From assembly GCA_944349535.1 (NCBI GenBank), contig CALVNA010000003.1, positions 1 through 53,074 of the forward strand: a DNA stretch of 53,074 bases, read 5' to 3'. Source of the stretch: an uncultured Clostridia bacterium. Its GTDB lineage: Bacteria > Bacillota > Clostridia > Christensenellales > UBA1242. Below the pieces are notes generated by a model. It ran no database searches and was not told the origin of the DNA. It was given only the letters and a program-made list of their open reading frames with translations. Below are positions 39,222-49,673 of the stretch, piece by piece; position 1 is the stretch's first letter; each line of letters begins with the position of its first letter. The translations under genes and the position numbers were made by a program.

Positions 39222-39238
39222 TTTAAGAAGATTTTTTA
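39205..39238. terminator. Bidirectional terminator
   Basis: aaaaaatcttctta-att-taagaagatttttt. Confidence 0.8.
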
Positions 39239-40513
39239 TTAGTCAGCTTCAGCTTCTTCAAAGCAGTCCTTTTCAATAACTTTTGCCGACATCTTTGTTT
39301 GGCTTTCTTGTTGATTTTCCTGCTCGTTTTCCGTTTCTTGAAAATTTATCAAAATATCATTGATGGTTTTTAAAGATTGATTGATTGTCAGGTTAGTTTG
39401 AGAAAACAGATTGCTCGCTTCGTCATTTTCGTCATTTAATTGTGCTATAAATGCTTTTGTTGGCGAGGAGTAGTTTAAATCTATCTCAGGGGTGGAACTG
39501 ATATCGGAAGCCCAAATGGTAACGCTTCCATCATTGTTGTAAACAGGAATTTTGTATATGATTGATCCGTCGTTTGCTGTGGCCCACTGAGTGTCTCCCA
39601 CATACAAAACATCATTTCCGCGATCGTTTAAGACTGCCATGATTTCTTGAGCATCTTCATTCATAGCAGTTATGTTAAAAAGTCCGCACATATCAGGGTT
39701 TTGCAAGTATTTCAGAAGTTCGTTTAACTTGTTGATATCAGACATTTGATCGGTTGAAAGTGTAAAATTTTGATCGGCATAAAATTGCATATCATAGGTT
39801 GCTTTATTTTTTGTTACAAATTTAAGGCTTACAAGATAGTTTGTAAACGTGCCATTTTGAATTACATCATTAAGTTGGAAGCTGGAAATCGACATAATTT
39901 CTGCCACTTGTTCGGTAATTCCAAAATTTGATGAATCCTGGGCAATATATGCTTTTATTTGATTCAGAGCCTCTTGCTTTTCTTCATCAGTTACAGGAAA
40001 AGGTTTGATATTCCCTGAATTGTCAGTTTCAAAGTCATTTTCGTTTGAATTGTCAATCGTTTCGCTTGTAGTGAAATCATTAACTGTTGTTCTGTCTCCA
40101 TTTGATAAATTCAGATAAATCGCGTTACCATTTTTCGCAAGTCCAATACAAATCAGGACTAATGCAATTTTTTTGATCAGCCCAGAAGCAACGATGGTTT
40201 TGTTAGATTTTTTTTGTGGAGCAATGTATTTTCCTTTTTTAACATTTTTGTTTTCTTTTTTAGTTTTTTGATCTTTTGCTGGTTTAAAGTCGTTTTTGTT
40301 TGAGCCTTCAATCAACACTGGAGTGAAATCATTAAGTTTTTTTGAAAGATAGGCAGGATAAAGTGGTAAATTTAAAGTGTAATTGGTTTTTATTTTCCTT
40401 GTTTTAAGTTTACCTTTATTTTCTTTAGGTTTACCAAAAAAATTTGAAAGCTTTTGCTTCAAATTATTGTCATTTGCAGAATTTTTGCTTTGTGTTGTTT
40501 GTTTTTGGCTCAT
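39239..40513 (-). CDS. Hypothetical single-pass membrane protein (basic N-terminus, acidic C-terminus), probably leaderless
   Basis: 424-aa ORF; hydrophobic IALVLICIGLA near aa 116-126; TTGATT-N17-TAAAAT ending 6 nt before the ATG. Confidence 0.75.
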   Translation of the reverse strand: MSQKQTTQSKNSANDNNLKQKLSNFFGKPKENKGKLKTRKIKTNYTLNLPLYPAYLSKKLNDFTPVLIEGSNKNDFKPAKDQKTKKENKNVKKGKYIAPQKKSNKTIVASGLIKKIALVLICIGLAKNGNAIYLNLSNGDRTTVNDFTTSETIDNSNENDFETDNSGNIKPFPVTDEEKQEALNQIKAYIAQDSSNFGITEQVAEIMSISSFQLNDVIQNGTFTNYLVSLKFVTKNKATYDMQFYADQNFTLSTDQMSDINKLNELLKYLQNPDMCGLFNITAMNEDAQEIMAVLNDRGNDVLYVGDTQWATANDGSIIYKIPVYNNDGSVTIWASDISSTPEIDLNYSSPTKAFIAQLNDENDEASNLFSQTNLTINQSLKTINDILINFQETENEQENQQESQTKMSAKVIEKDCFEEAEAD

Positions 40514-40616
40514 GCTTTGATTTTAGCATATTTTGTCAAATAAATCAAGACACATTGGTCAAAAAAATAAACAAACCAAAAGAAAAATTAAAGGTTTGTT
40601 TATTGTATAAATAAGT

Positions 40617-42671
40617 TTACAACTTTTCAGCAACATCCCAAGCACGCCAAACAACAGTGCGAAGGTTGCCAACTTTCAAAGCGTCACCTACAATATGCAC
40701 ATGCCTTGAAGCTTTGGCAAGTGGAGCAGGGTTGTAACCAACTGAAACAATCACAGTGTCAGCTTTTACTTTTTTCTGTGAGCCGTCTTTTTCTGTGACA
40801 ATCACATAATTTTTTCCAATCTGACTGACATAGCTTTCAAGGTAAACAGGAATATTGTTGTGCTTGAAATAATCTCTCAAAAACGATGAATTTGCAAGGC
40901 AAAGCCCACGCATTGCCATCAAATCATTTTTGGCTTCAACAATAACAGGTTTTTTGCCGTCAAGAGCAAGTTGGTATGCTATTTCGCAGCCTGTCAAGCC
41001 GCCGCCTATGATGACAACATTTTCTTTTGCCTTTTCTGGATTGTTTAAAAAGTCTATTGCTTCAATAGCTCTTTCAATGCCTTGAATTTTGAGCTTTTTG
41101 GCAGTTGAACCTGTTGCAATCACAATTTCATCGGCTTTGATTTGTTTTAAGTCCGTGATGTTGGTGTTAAGTTTTACTTCAATTTTCAGTTTGTCAATCT
41201 GTCTGCGATACCAATTTAAAAGCATTCTATCACGCTCTTTAAACGACATTTTGCCTGCAGGAATAAACACGCCGCCAAGCTGCGATGATTTTTCATAAAT
41301 TGTTGCTTTGTGCCCACGCATTGCCGCCACTCTTGCCACTTCCATTCCGCCAACTCCGCCGCCAATGATTGCAATCTGTTTGCATTTTTTTGCTGGCTTG
41401 AGATCATATTTTCCGCCATCCATTGTCATAGGGTTGAGTGCACATCTTGACATATGTTTTGAGTCTTGCATTGCTTGGTCATTTGCCACACCTTTATAGT
41501 GAGCCATTGTCAAACAAGCGTTGTGACAGTAAATGCAAGGTTGAATGTCTTCTGGTCTGTTTTCAATAATTTTTGTTACCCAGTGGCTGTCTGTCAAGAA
41601 TTGTCTTGCAACGCCCATTGCGTCAATTTTGCCCGCTTTGATTGCTTTGGCTGCATCTTCAACTTCCATTTTACCAGCACAAACAACAGGAATGGAAACC
41701 TCTTTTTTGATTTTGCTCGCATCCTCAAGATTGCAGTTTTTTGGCATATAAAGTGGTGGGTGTGCCCAGTACCAAGCATCATACGTTCCGTTGTCGGTGT
41801 TGAGCATATCATAGCCGGCATCCTGCAAATATTTAGCAGCCTTTTTGCCTTCTTCTATGTCTCTTCCAATATCTTTAAACTTTTCGCCAGGCAAGATGCC
41901 TTCGCAAAAGTCTTTGGTTTTGCTGACTGCTGAAAAGCGTAGGCTGACAGGGTAGTCCTGCCCACATTCTTTTTTGATTTCCTTTACCACTTCGGTGGCA
42001 AAACGATATTTGTTTTCCCAGTTCCCACCATATTCATCTGTGCGTTTGTTTGTATAGTCCAAAGTGAATTGATCAAGCAGATAACCTTCGTGAACAGCGT
42101 GAATTTCAACACCATCAACACCGGCATCTTTGCAAAGTTTTGCGGTTTTTGCAAAGGCATAAATCATTTTTTCGATTTCTTTTTTGGTAAGAGCTCGGCA
42201 AGTGTAGCCTTCAAGCCAGCGAGAAGGAAGTTTTGAAGGGCTGGCGCAAAGATAAGGCAGGTCGATAATAGGTTTTAAAACTTTTGATAAAATTTTTGAT
42301 TTGATGATTGATTTCATTGAGTTGGGAATAGAAAATGAGCGACCAAAGCCAGCGGTGAGTTGAACGAATAATTTCGCTCCCGTTTTATGAAATTCTTGCA
42401 TATAATCTTTCAATTTTTTGAAAGTGCGTTTTGATTTATAAAGCCATTGTCCACCGATTAAATTTTTTAGCGGAGCAATACCTGGAATAACCAAGCCGAC
42501 ATTATTTTTTGCAACATCCATAAAAAAATCGCAGGCATCTTTGTCTAAATGATGAGGCTCCATCCATCCAAAGAGTGAAGTCCCGCCCATTGGACAGAGA
42601 ACTATCCTATTTTTGATTTCCACATTACCAATTTTCCAAGGTGAAAAAAGTGGTTCAAGTTTTTTATTCAT
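40617..42671 (-). CDS. NADH:flavin oxidoreductase / 2-enoate reductase family (OYE + 4Fe-4S + FAD)
   Basis: KNRIVLCPM, DGVEIHAVHEGYLLDQF, NKRTDEYGG, CIYCHNAC...C, GGGVGG and GGGLTG motifs; GGAG RBS. Confidence 0.93.
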   Translation of the reverse strand: MNKKLEPLFSPWKIGNVEIKNRIVLCPMGGTSLFGWMEPHHLDKDACDFFMDVAKNNVGLVIPGIAPLKNLIGGQWLYKSKRTFKKLKDYMQEFHKTGAKLFVQLTAGFGRSFSIPNSMKSIIKSKILSKVLKPIIDLPYLCASPSKLPSRWLEGYTCRALTKKEIEKMIYAFAKTAKLCKDAGVDGVEIHAVHEGYLLDQFTLDYTNKRTDEYGGNWENKYRFATEVVKEIKKECGQDYPVSLRFSAVSKTKDFCEGILPGEKFKDIGRDIEEGKKAAKYLQDAGYDMLNTDNGTYDAWYWAHPPLYMPKNCNLEDASKIKKEVSIPVVCAGKMEVEDAAKAIKAGKIDAMGVARQFLTDSHWVTKIIENRPEDIQPCIYCHNACLTMAHYKGVANDQAMQDSKHMSRCALNPMTMDGGKYDLKPAKKCKQIAIIGGGVGGMEVARVAAMRGHKATIYEKSSQLGGVFIPAGKMSFKERDRMLLNWYRRQIDKLKIEVKLNTNITDLKQIKADEIVIATGSTAKKLKIQGIERAIEAIDFLNNPEKAKENVVIIGGGLTGCEIAYQLALDGKKPVIVEAKNDLMAMRGLCLANSSFLRDYFKHNNIPVYLESYVSQIGKNYVIVTEKDGSQKKVKADTVIVSVGYNPAPLAKASRHVHIVGDALKVGNLRTVVWRAWDVAEKL

Positions 42672-42804
42672 ATTCCATCTCCTTTTGATATATTTTAATT
42701 CATTTTATCTTATACTACAAACATTTTTAAAATATTTTTCATTTTATTTTTATTTTTTAGTTGCTTTGTGTAAAATAAAATTGTGAGAAATAAAGGAGCA
42801 AATA

Positions 42805-44109
42805 ATGAAAACACTTAAAATCAAAAAAATCCATGCAAGACAAATTTTGGATTCTCGGTCTAATCCTACCATTGAAGTTGATTTGACGCTGGAAAATGGT
42901 GTTATGGGCAGGGCCGCTGTGCCATCAGGTGCATCGACAGGTGCTTTTGAAGCGGTTGAGTTGCGAGATAATGATAAGAATTTTTATAACGGTAAATCAG
43001 TAATGCAAGCAGTAAAGAATGTGAATTCTGTGATTGCCAAGGCTGTTTGTGGCATGAATGTGTTTGACCAAAAAGCTATTGATGAAAAGATGATCAAACT
43101 TGATGGAACGGTAAACAAAGCAAAACTTGGTGCAAATGCTATTTTGGGAGTTTCGCTGGCTGCGGCGACGGCGGCTGCCAAAGCGGAAGGAAAAAGTTTG
43201 TTCCGCTATCTTGGCAGTGGCAAAATTCTTCCGGTGCCGATGCTTAATATTTTGAATGGTGGTAAACACGCAGACAACAATTTGAATTGCCAAGAGTTTA
43301 TGATAATGCCAGTTGGTGCAAAAAACTTTTCACAAGCACTTGAGTGGTCTGTCTGCATTTATCAAAACTTGAAAAAAATTTTAAAAGAAAAAAAGCTCTC
43401 AACAGGGGTAGGCGATGAAGGCGGCTTTGCTCCAAATCTTGAAAATGACGAGCAGGCATTAAAACTTCTTGTGCAGGCAATTGAGGTTTCGGGTTTTAAA
43501 AAAGGAGAACAAGTTGCCATTGCAATCGATGTTGCATCAACTGAAATGTTTGATGAAGCTGAAAAAATAGGGCAAAAGGGAAAATATTATTTCTGGAAAA
43601 CTGGAGAAATTTTCTCAGCTGACAAACTGATAAAACGCTATCAAGAATGGATAAAAAAATATCCTATTGTTTCGATTGAAGATGGACTAGCTGAAGAAGA
43701 TTGGCAGGGCTGGCAAAAACTTACGCAGGCTTTGGGCGATAAAATTCAACTCGTGGGAGATGACCTTTTTGTAACCAATCCAAGCAGACTTGAAAAAGGC
43801 ATCAAACTTAATGCTGCAAATTCAATACTTGTCAAAGTAAATCAAATTGGCACATTAACTGAAGCGGTCAAAGCTGTTAGGCTTGCTCAAAAAAGTAATA
43901 TGAGCGCAGTTGTTTCACACAGAAGCGGCGAAACTGAAGATAGTTTTATCGCTGACTTGGTGGTAGCGCTAGGTTGCGGACAAATCAAAACAGGTGCCCC
44001 TTGTCGAAGCGAAAGGGTGGCAAAATATAATCAGCTTTTGCGTATAGAAGAAGAGCTTGGCAAAAAAGCAATTTATCTGGGGCTTTCTGCTCTAAAAATA
44101 AAAAATTAA
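42805..44109 (+). CDS. eno: Enolase
   Basis: [37 protein letters not shown] and RSERVAKYN motifs. Confidence 0.99.
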   Translation: MKTLKIKKIHARQILDSRSNPTIEVDLTLENGVMGRAAVPSGASTGAFEAVELRDNDKNFYNGKSVMQAVKNVNSVIAKAVCGMNVFDQKAIDEKMIKLDGTVNKAKLGANAILGVSLAAATAAAKAEGKSLFRYLGSGKILPVPMLNILNGGKHADNNLNCQEFMIMPVGAKNFSQALEWSVCIYQNLKKILKEKKLSTGVGDEGGFAPNLENDEQALKLLVQAIEVSGFKKGEQVAIAIDVASTEMFDEAEKIGQKGKYYFWKTGEIFSADKLIKRYQEWIKKYPIVSIEDGLAEEDWQGWQKLTQALGDKIQLVGDDLFVTNPSRLEKGIKLNAANSILVKVNQIGTLTEAVKAVRLAQKSNMSAVVSHRSGETEDSFIADLVVALGCGQIKTGAPCRSERVAKYNQLLRIEEELGKKAIYLGLSALKIKN

Positions 44110-44132
44110 GCACTTAGTTTTAAGTGCTTTTT
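44108..44132 (+). terminator. Intrinsic terminator after eno
   Basis: aagcactta-gttt-taagtgcttttt. Confidence 0.8.
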
Positions 44133-44186
44133 ATTTTGCATTTGGCTTTTTTTGTGATAAAATATTTTTGAAAACAAGGGGAAGAA

Positions 44187-47100
44187 ATGAGAAGCATCTA
44201 TACATATTACAAAGAACGATTGATAGAAATTAGCGGAAAAAATAGAAGTTTATACTTAAAAAATTTCAACAAAAAAAATGGTTATGATGTTGGAAAACTT
44301 TTATATCAAAATCAAGAGAGTGTTGCCGAACTTGTTGACAATCTTTGGAATGGCAAAACCTCTTCTTTTGAACTTATAAGTAAAGATAAACTTGAATATT
44401 TTATTAAAAATTTGAAAATTGATGACAGCCAAGTGGATTTGACGGATACTCAGGCTAGGCAGAAATTTGAAAGACAAAAAAGAGAACAGGCAAAGAAGAG
44501 TTTGGAACAGGAAATCAAAAATCTTATTGCCTTGAAAAGAGAGATTGAAGAGATTGAAAAAGAGACTGGAAGAAGCGAGCTTTATCTATGCTATCCTTTT
44601 GTGTTTGGCAATGTCAAAAATTATACTTTCAGAGCACCACTTTTGATGTTTCCAGTTGAAATTGATATTGAAGGGGACAATTATGCAAGCATAAGGCTAA
44701 AGCAAGCAGAGCCAGTTCAGCTTAACAAGGCACTTCTTTATGCATTTGCTGATGCAAAAAGATTGAATCTTGAAGATATTGAAACTGAATTTGATTGTTT
44801 GAAAAACAGGTTTTCATCACTACAAAAGCTGCTTGACTATCTTGCCGGTTTTGGCATAAAAATCTCGGCACCACAACGCAAAAACATATTTCCTTTTGAC
44901 AGATACTCTGAGCCAAAGCATAATCAAGCTCCAGAGATCAAAAATCTGTGCCTGCTGGCCAGGTGCTCGCTTGCAAATTCAATCTATAATGATTATGCAA
45001 AGCTAGAAAAACGCCACCTTGCAAACGAGTCAATAAATCAGCTTTTAAACAGAAAAGTGAAAAAATTTAAGTCTGGCAAAGCTCAAGATTTGTTTCTTAT
45101 CAACAATGTTGACTATGCTCAAGAGCAAGTTGTGAGAAAAGTCAATGATAGTGGAAACATGGTTATCTACGGTCCTCCAGGGACAGGAAAGAGTCAAACC
45201 ATCGTCAATGTTATTTCCGATGCTATGGCAAAAGGGAAAAAAGTTTTGGTTGTTTCTCAAAAGAAAGCTGCTTTGGATGTTGTTTTCAATCGTTTGGGAG
45301 TGCTCAACAACAGGGCAATGTTTGTTGTGGATTCAGAAAAAGAAAAGCGTGGTTTTTATGAGCGTTGCCTTTTGACTCATCAACAACTTGTAGATTTCAA
45401 AATAGATGAAGATGTATTCAAAAAATTTGACGAACTTTCTGTTGCACTTGCTCAAGAAGAGGCAAAACTCAAAGCGATAAATGATTGTCTCACAAGCAAA
45501 ACACCTTTTGGACTTTCGCTGCAAGAAATGTATTATAATTCCTTTAAGATTGGCAAACATTCGGTTGAATATTCAATTTATCAACAGATGCTTGGCAGCA
45601 AGAAGTTGCTATCACTAAATTTCGAGCAGTTAAGTCAAGCACTTAGCGTTTTAGATGAAGAAAATAAAACGCAACTTTATTATAACTTCATTGAAAACAA
45701 AAAGAAAAATCCTTTTATTGATCATTTAAATCTGCAAGCTGGACTTCATGTGATTGCTCAGGCTCAGTCAAAACTGGCACAACTTTCTTCAACAAGGCAG
45801 GCATTGTTTGATGGAGCTCAATACAAATACAGCAGACAGATTTTGACATATTTTAGCAAAATTCAAGACAAAACAAATTACAATGCCCTTAAAAAGATGG
45901 TGGCAAAGCTTGAATATCCTGCTTCAAGCAAATTTTTGAATTTGTCTCATATTGTTTTCCCACTTTATCCTTTTGCAAAAGCGGCAATGCATAAAAAGGA
46001 GAAAATAGTTGAAAAAGAATTTGAAAAAACAGTTGAGGCACTTGATGAATATCTTGCCGATTATCAGTTTTTGAAGGATGTTTTGAGTCAAGAAGGTTAT
46101 CTTATGGCTCTTGATGGTCTTTTAAGCGGAAACAGCAATGTTTTGAAACTTCTATTAAATGCTGTTGAAAATTATATTGGCAATCAAGACATAAATCAAA
46201 CTTTGAATAATTTGACCGAAAATCAAAAATTTGTGCTCAATTTCGCATATAAACATGCAAACTCTTATTCAAAATATTTGGAAATTTTAAACAAATTGTT
46301 GCCGCTAAGGATTTATCATGAAATTTTGACTTATGAAGAAAAAATGAAAAATGAGCTTGCTGGGGCGGTGGATTTTGAAAATATACGAGCAAGAATTGTT
46401 GCACTCAAAAAAGATCAAAACGCTCTTTCAAAGCAGATTTCTTTGCAAAGTTTTGTCAAAGACTATCAAGCAATGATTGATGGCAGTGTGGCTTCTAAAG
46501 ACTTTTTGTATCAAATTTCAAAAAAACAAAATTTCTGGAGCATAAGAAAGATGATGGAGGTGTATGGCGACTATCTTTTCAAAATGTTCCCTTGTTGGCT
46601 TTTATCGCCTGAAAATGTTTCATCAATTTTACCTCTTGAAAAAAATATGTTTGATATCGTGCTGTTTGATGAAGCTTCGCAAGTTTTTATTGAGAACACA
46701 ATTCCTTCAATATTCAGAGGAAAATGTGTGGTTGTTGCAGGAGATGCAAAACAACTGAGACCAACAACAACCTTTATGAAACGATACATGGGTGCAAACC
46801 TTGACGATGTTGACCTGTCAACGCAAGCTGCACTTGAGGTTGAAAGTTTGCTAGATCTTGCTGTTTCAAGATTTAACAGCGCAAACATAACCTATCACTA
46901 TCGAAGCAAAAATCAAGAGCTGATCGACTTTTCAAATAAAGCTTTTTATAGCGGTAATTTGCAGATCGCTCCAAATGTTTCAAAAAATCTAAAACAAAAA
47001 CCAATTGAAAGAATATTGGTTGATGGGAAATGGTCAGATCGTAAAAATATGGCGGAAGCCAAAAAGGTTGTTGAGCTTACAAAACACATTTTGAAAACAA

Positions 47101-47957
47101 GAAAAAACAACGAAACAATCGGAATTATAACTTTCAACTCTGATCAAGAAACACTGATTGAAGATCTGTTTGACAAAGAGTGCTTCAAAGACGAAAGTTT
47201 CAGGGTTAAATTTATCAAAGAAACCAGCAGAAAAGAAAATGATGAAGATGTCAGCTTGTTTGTCAAAAACCTTGAGAATGTTCAGGGGGATGAGAGAGAT
47301 ATAATCATCTTCTCAATCGGCTATGCAAGAAATGAGTTTGGCAAAGTCAATGCTTCATTCGGTTCGCTTTCCAACGAAGGCGGCGAAAACAGGCTCAATG
47401 TTGCCATCACCAGAGCAAAACAAAAAATCTATGTGGTAACAAGCATTGAACCAGAAGAACTTAAAGTGGATGGTGCAAAGTTTGCAGGTCCAAAACTTTT
47501 GCGAAGTTATCTTGCTTATGCAAGGGCTGTTTCAAAGGGAAAAACGGACGAAGTTCGTTCAATTCTTGACAGCTTCAACGATCGCATTCTCAAAACTAAC
47601 AAATTGATTGGGCTTAAGCCGCTTGAAGAGCAGATTGCACATAAACTTTCAAAACTTGGCTATGACTGCCAAGTCAACCTAGGAAATTCTGACAGCAAAG
47701 TTTCGGTTGCAATTTATGATAAGAAACTTGACAGATATATCTTAGGTATTGAGACTGATCAAACGGCAATCAACAGCAGCCCTTCAGTCCTTGAGCGAGA
47801 TGTTTATCGCAACGAATTTTTGAAATCTCGTGGCTGGAAGATTGTTAGAGTTTGGAGTAGAGATTGGTGGCATAACTATAAGGGTGTGACATCTATGATT
47901 GTTAAAGAGATTGAAAAGCAAAGAAAAATGCTTGAAAAAAGTGCAAAAAAAGTGTAA
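44187..47957 (+). CDS. DUF4011 / SF1 (UPF1-like) helicase / C-terminal restriction-endonuclease-like protein
   Basis: N-terminal RLIEISGKNRSL and APLLMFPV; GPPGTGKSQT, DEASQ, GDAKQL, HYRS, VQGDERD, RLNVAITRAK; C-terminal GIETD..ERD..R..L..RGW...RVWS.DW. Confidence 0.9.
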   Translation: MRSIYTYYKERLIEISGKNRSLYLKNFNKKNGYDVGKLLYQNQESVAELVDNLWNGKTSSFELISKDKLEYFIKNLKIDDSQVDLTDTQARQKFERQKREQAKKSLEQEIKNLIALKREIEEIEKETGRSELYLCYPFVFGNVKNYTFRAPLLMFPVEIDIEGDNYASIRLKQAEPVQLNKALLYAFADAKRLNLEDIETEFDCLKNRFSSLQKLLDYLAGFGIKISAPQRKNIFPFDRYSEPKHNQAPEIKNLCLLARCSLANSIYNDYAKLEKRHLANESINQLLNRKVKKFKSGKAQDLFLINNVDYAQEQVVRKVNDSGNMVIYGPPGTGKSQTIVNVISDAMAKGKKVLVVSQKKAALDVVFNRLGVLNNRAMFVVDSEKEKRGFYERCLLTHQQLVDFKIDEDVFKKFDELSVALAQEEAKLKAINDCLTSKTPFGLSLQEMYYNSFKIGKHSVEYSIYQQMLGSKKLLSLNFEQLSQALSVLDEENKTQLYYNFIENKKKNPFIDHLNLQAGLHVIAQAQSKLAQLSSTRQALFDGAQYKYSRQILTYFSKIQDKTNYNALKKMVAKLEYPASSKFLNLSHIVFPLYPFAKAAMHKKEKIVEKEFEKTVEALDEYLADYQFLKDVLSQEGYLMALDGLLSGNSNVLKLLLNAVENYIGNQDINQTLNNLTENQKFVLNFAYKHANSYSKYLEILNKLLPLRIYHEILTYEEKMKNELAGAVDFENIRARIVALKKDQNALSKQISLQSFVKDYQAMIDGSVASKDFLYQISKKQNFWSIRKMMEVYGDYLFKMFPCWLLSPENVSSILPLEKNMFDIVLFDEASQVFIENTIPSIFRGKCVVVAGDAKQLRPTTTFMKRYMGANLDDVDLSTQAALEVESLLDLAVSRFNSANITYHYRSKNQELIDFSNKAFYSGNLQIAPNVSKNLKQKPIERILVDGKWSDRKNMAEAKKVVELTKHILKTRKNNETIGIITFNSDQETLIEDLFDKECFKDESFRVKFIKETSRKENDEDVSLFVKNLENVQGDERDIIIFSIGYARNEFGKVNASFGSLSNEGGENRLNVAITRAKQKIYVVTSIEPEELKVDGAKFAGPKLLRSYLAYARAVSKGKTDEVRSILDSFNDRILKTNKLIGLKPLEEQIAHKLSKLGYDCQVNLGNSDSKVSVAIYDKKLDRYILGIETDQTAINSSPSVLERDVYRNEFLKSRGWKIVRVWSRDWWHNYKGVTSMIVKEIEKQRKMLEKSAKKV

Positions 47958-47977
47958 AATACAAAAAAGGAGAGAGT

Positions 47978-48430
47978 ATGGAACAAAAAATTCAAACTTC
48001 ATATGTTATGGTAAAGCCAGGTTTTGCAAATTATGAAATGGTGATTGATGAGATTGAAAAAAGATTGTATGGTGCTGGTTTAAAAATTACAGAAGAAAGC
48101 TATATTTCTTACGATCGAGAAATGGCAAGGCAACATTATTATGAGCATGTGGGTAAAGATTTTTATCAGAAGCTTGAAGATTACATCACAAGCGACAAAG
48201 CATATGGCATGATTGTTGAAGGCCAAGATGCTATTGCAAAAATCAGAGCTATGGTCGGCTCAACAATGAATCCAAAAAAAGGCACCATCAGATTTGATAT
48301 CCCTGCAATGCTTGGTCGCAAACCGACCACTCCTGCAAATGTAGTGCATGCATCAGATAGCGTAGAAGCTGCGCAAAAAGAGATTCAGATTTTTAAAAAT
48401 TATTTAGAAAAATTGCAAACAGAAAGATAA
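47978..48430 (+). CDS. ndk: Nucleoside diphosphate kinase
   Basis: MVKP, HY.EH.GK.FY, IR.MVGST, GTIR and NVVHASDS motifs. Confidence 0.93.
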   Translation: MEQKIQTSYVMVKPGFANYEMVIDEIEKRLYGAGLKITEESYISYDREMARQHYYEHVGKDFYQKLEDYITSDKAYGMIVEGQDAIAKIRAMVGSTMNPKKGTIRFDIPAMLGRKPTTPANVVHASDSVEAAQKEIQIFKNYLEKLQTER

Positions 48431-48503
48431 ACAAAAATGACAATAACAACATCTTTGATAGCATAAAAATATGATTTCAAAGCAGTTATTGTCATTTTTA
48501 TTT

Positions 48504-49463
48504 TCATTGCTGGCACAACTCAGGTGTTTTTTTTGGCAGGGCAATAAGCACTATTTCAGTTGCATAAAGCGGACCACCATAATATCGCAAATAAAAACTA
48601 TATTCTTTTTGAAAGTGGTGGATAAGTTTTGGAATTTTAAATAAATCAGTGTTGTTATGATAGACTGAAACGAGAAGCAAAGGTTTATCGTTTTTCAAAT
48701 GTTCTTTACAGCCCTTTATTGCTTTGATTTCTCCGCCTTCAATATCCATTTTCAACATTCCGATCTTTTCGTGGATTTGTTCATCTAAAGTTGTTGTCTC
48801 AATTTTGATTTTGCCATCCGAGCATACTTGATTTGCAGAAGAAGAAAAAGTATTTTCCTTTAAATACTTTATTTCACTTTTGTCAGAGACCGCCTTGCCT
48901 ATACAACAAATATTTGAAAAAGCAGACAAATTTTGTTTGATTTGCTCAAGAGATTGCGGCGTTATATCAAAGCAATAGATCTTTTTATACTTTTCTCCGT
49001 AAGACTGGATAAAATCTAAGGTTGAATCTCCGCTGTATGCGCCTACGTCAACAAAAGTTTGGTTTTCAAATTTGGGAATAATGTCAAGATCAAAATAATG
49101 TTTAAAAATATTTTCAGTAACTAGTGGAAGAGAAGCAAAATCGAAATTATAGAAATTATTCAAAATTGCAAATAATGTTTGTTTTGACCTATAATCTTGC
49201 AGCTTTCTGTAAAGCCATACATAATCCTTGTAATGTTTTTTAAAAACCTGAGCTTTTAAAAATAAAAATTGATAATTGCCATTTTTTAAATCCAAATCTC
49301 CCCAGTAGTCAAATTGTTTAAAAAAACTTTCAAAAGATTCTTGCGTTTGAAAAGGAATTTGTTTGAATTTATCATACATATGCGTATAAAGAGCAATTTC
49401 GTCTTTATTTTTAAATTCTTCAATTAAAGCATAGAAATTTTTATCTATATAATTCATTTTCAC
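48504..49463 (-). CDS. FkbM-family SAM methyltransferase
   Basis: FVDVGAYSGDS, TTLD, LKMDIEGGE, SVYH and LRYY motifs; start may be ATG at 49457. Confidence 0.9.
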   Translation of the reverse strand: MKMNYIDKNFYALIEEFKNKDEIALYTHMYDKFKQIPFQTQESFESFFKQFDYWGDLDLKNGNYQFLFLKAQVFKKHYKDYVWLYRKLQDYRSKQTLFAILNNFYNFDFASLPLVTENIFKHYFDLDIIPKFENQTFVDVGAYSGDSTLDFIQSYGEKYKKIYCFDITPQSLEQIKQNLSAFSNICCIGKAVSDKSEIKYLKENTFSSSANQVCSDGKIKIETTTLDEQIHEKIGMLKMDIEGGEIKAIKGCKEHLKNDKPLLLVSVYHNNTDLFKIPKLIHHFQKEYSFYLRYYGGPLYATEIVLIALPKKTPELCQQ

Positions 49464-49611
49464 CTCACAAAATGATATATTAAAATTTTTATCAAAAGTT
49501 TAATGATATCTGAACCAAAAATTTTGCAAACGAATAAATTGAAATTGAAGAGAAAAAACTTTTGCTCTTCATTTACATAAATTTTCAAAAAAAATCAAAA
49601 TTTTAGGCAAA

Positions 49612-49639
49612 AACCTTTTGTCTGTTTTTTCCATAGTAT
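49612..49639 (+). promoter_or_regulatory. sigma-K-like promoter of collagen-like remnant
   Basis: AACC-N16-CATAGTAT. Confidence 0.6.
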
Positions 49640-49673
49640 GCATTGGTGAGCGAAATCACCAAAAGGAGAAAAC

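Noticed and set aside
40617-42671. Specific assignment as bile-acid baiCD/baiH or fldZ
   Set aside because: Family motifs are clear, but there are no bai or fld operon neighbours, and substrate cannot be inferred without phylogeny.
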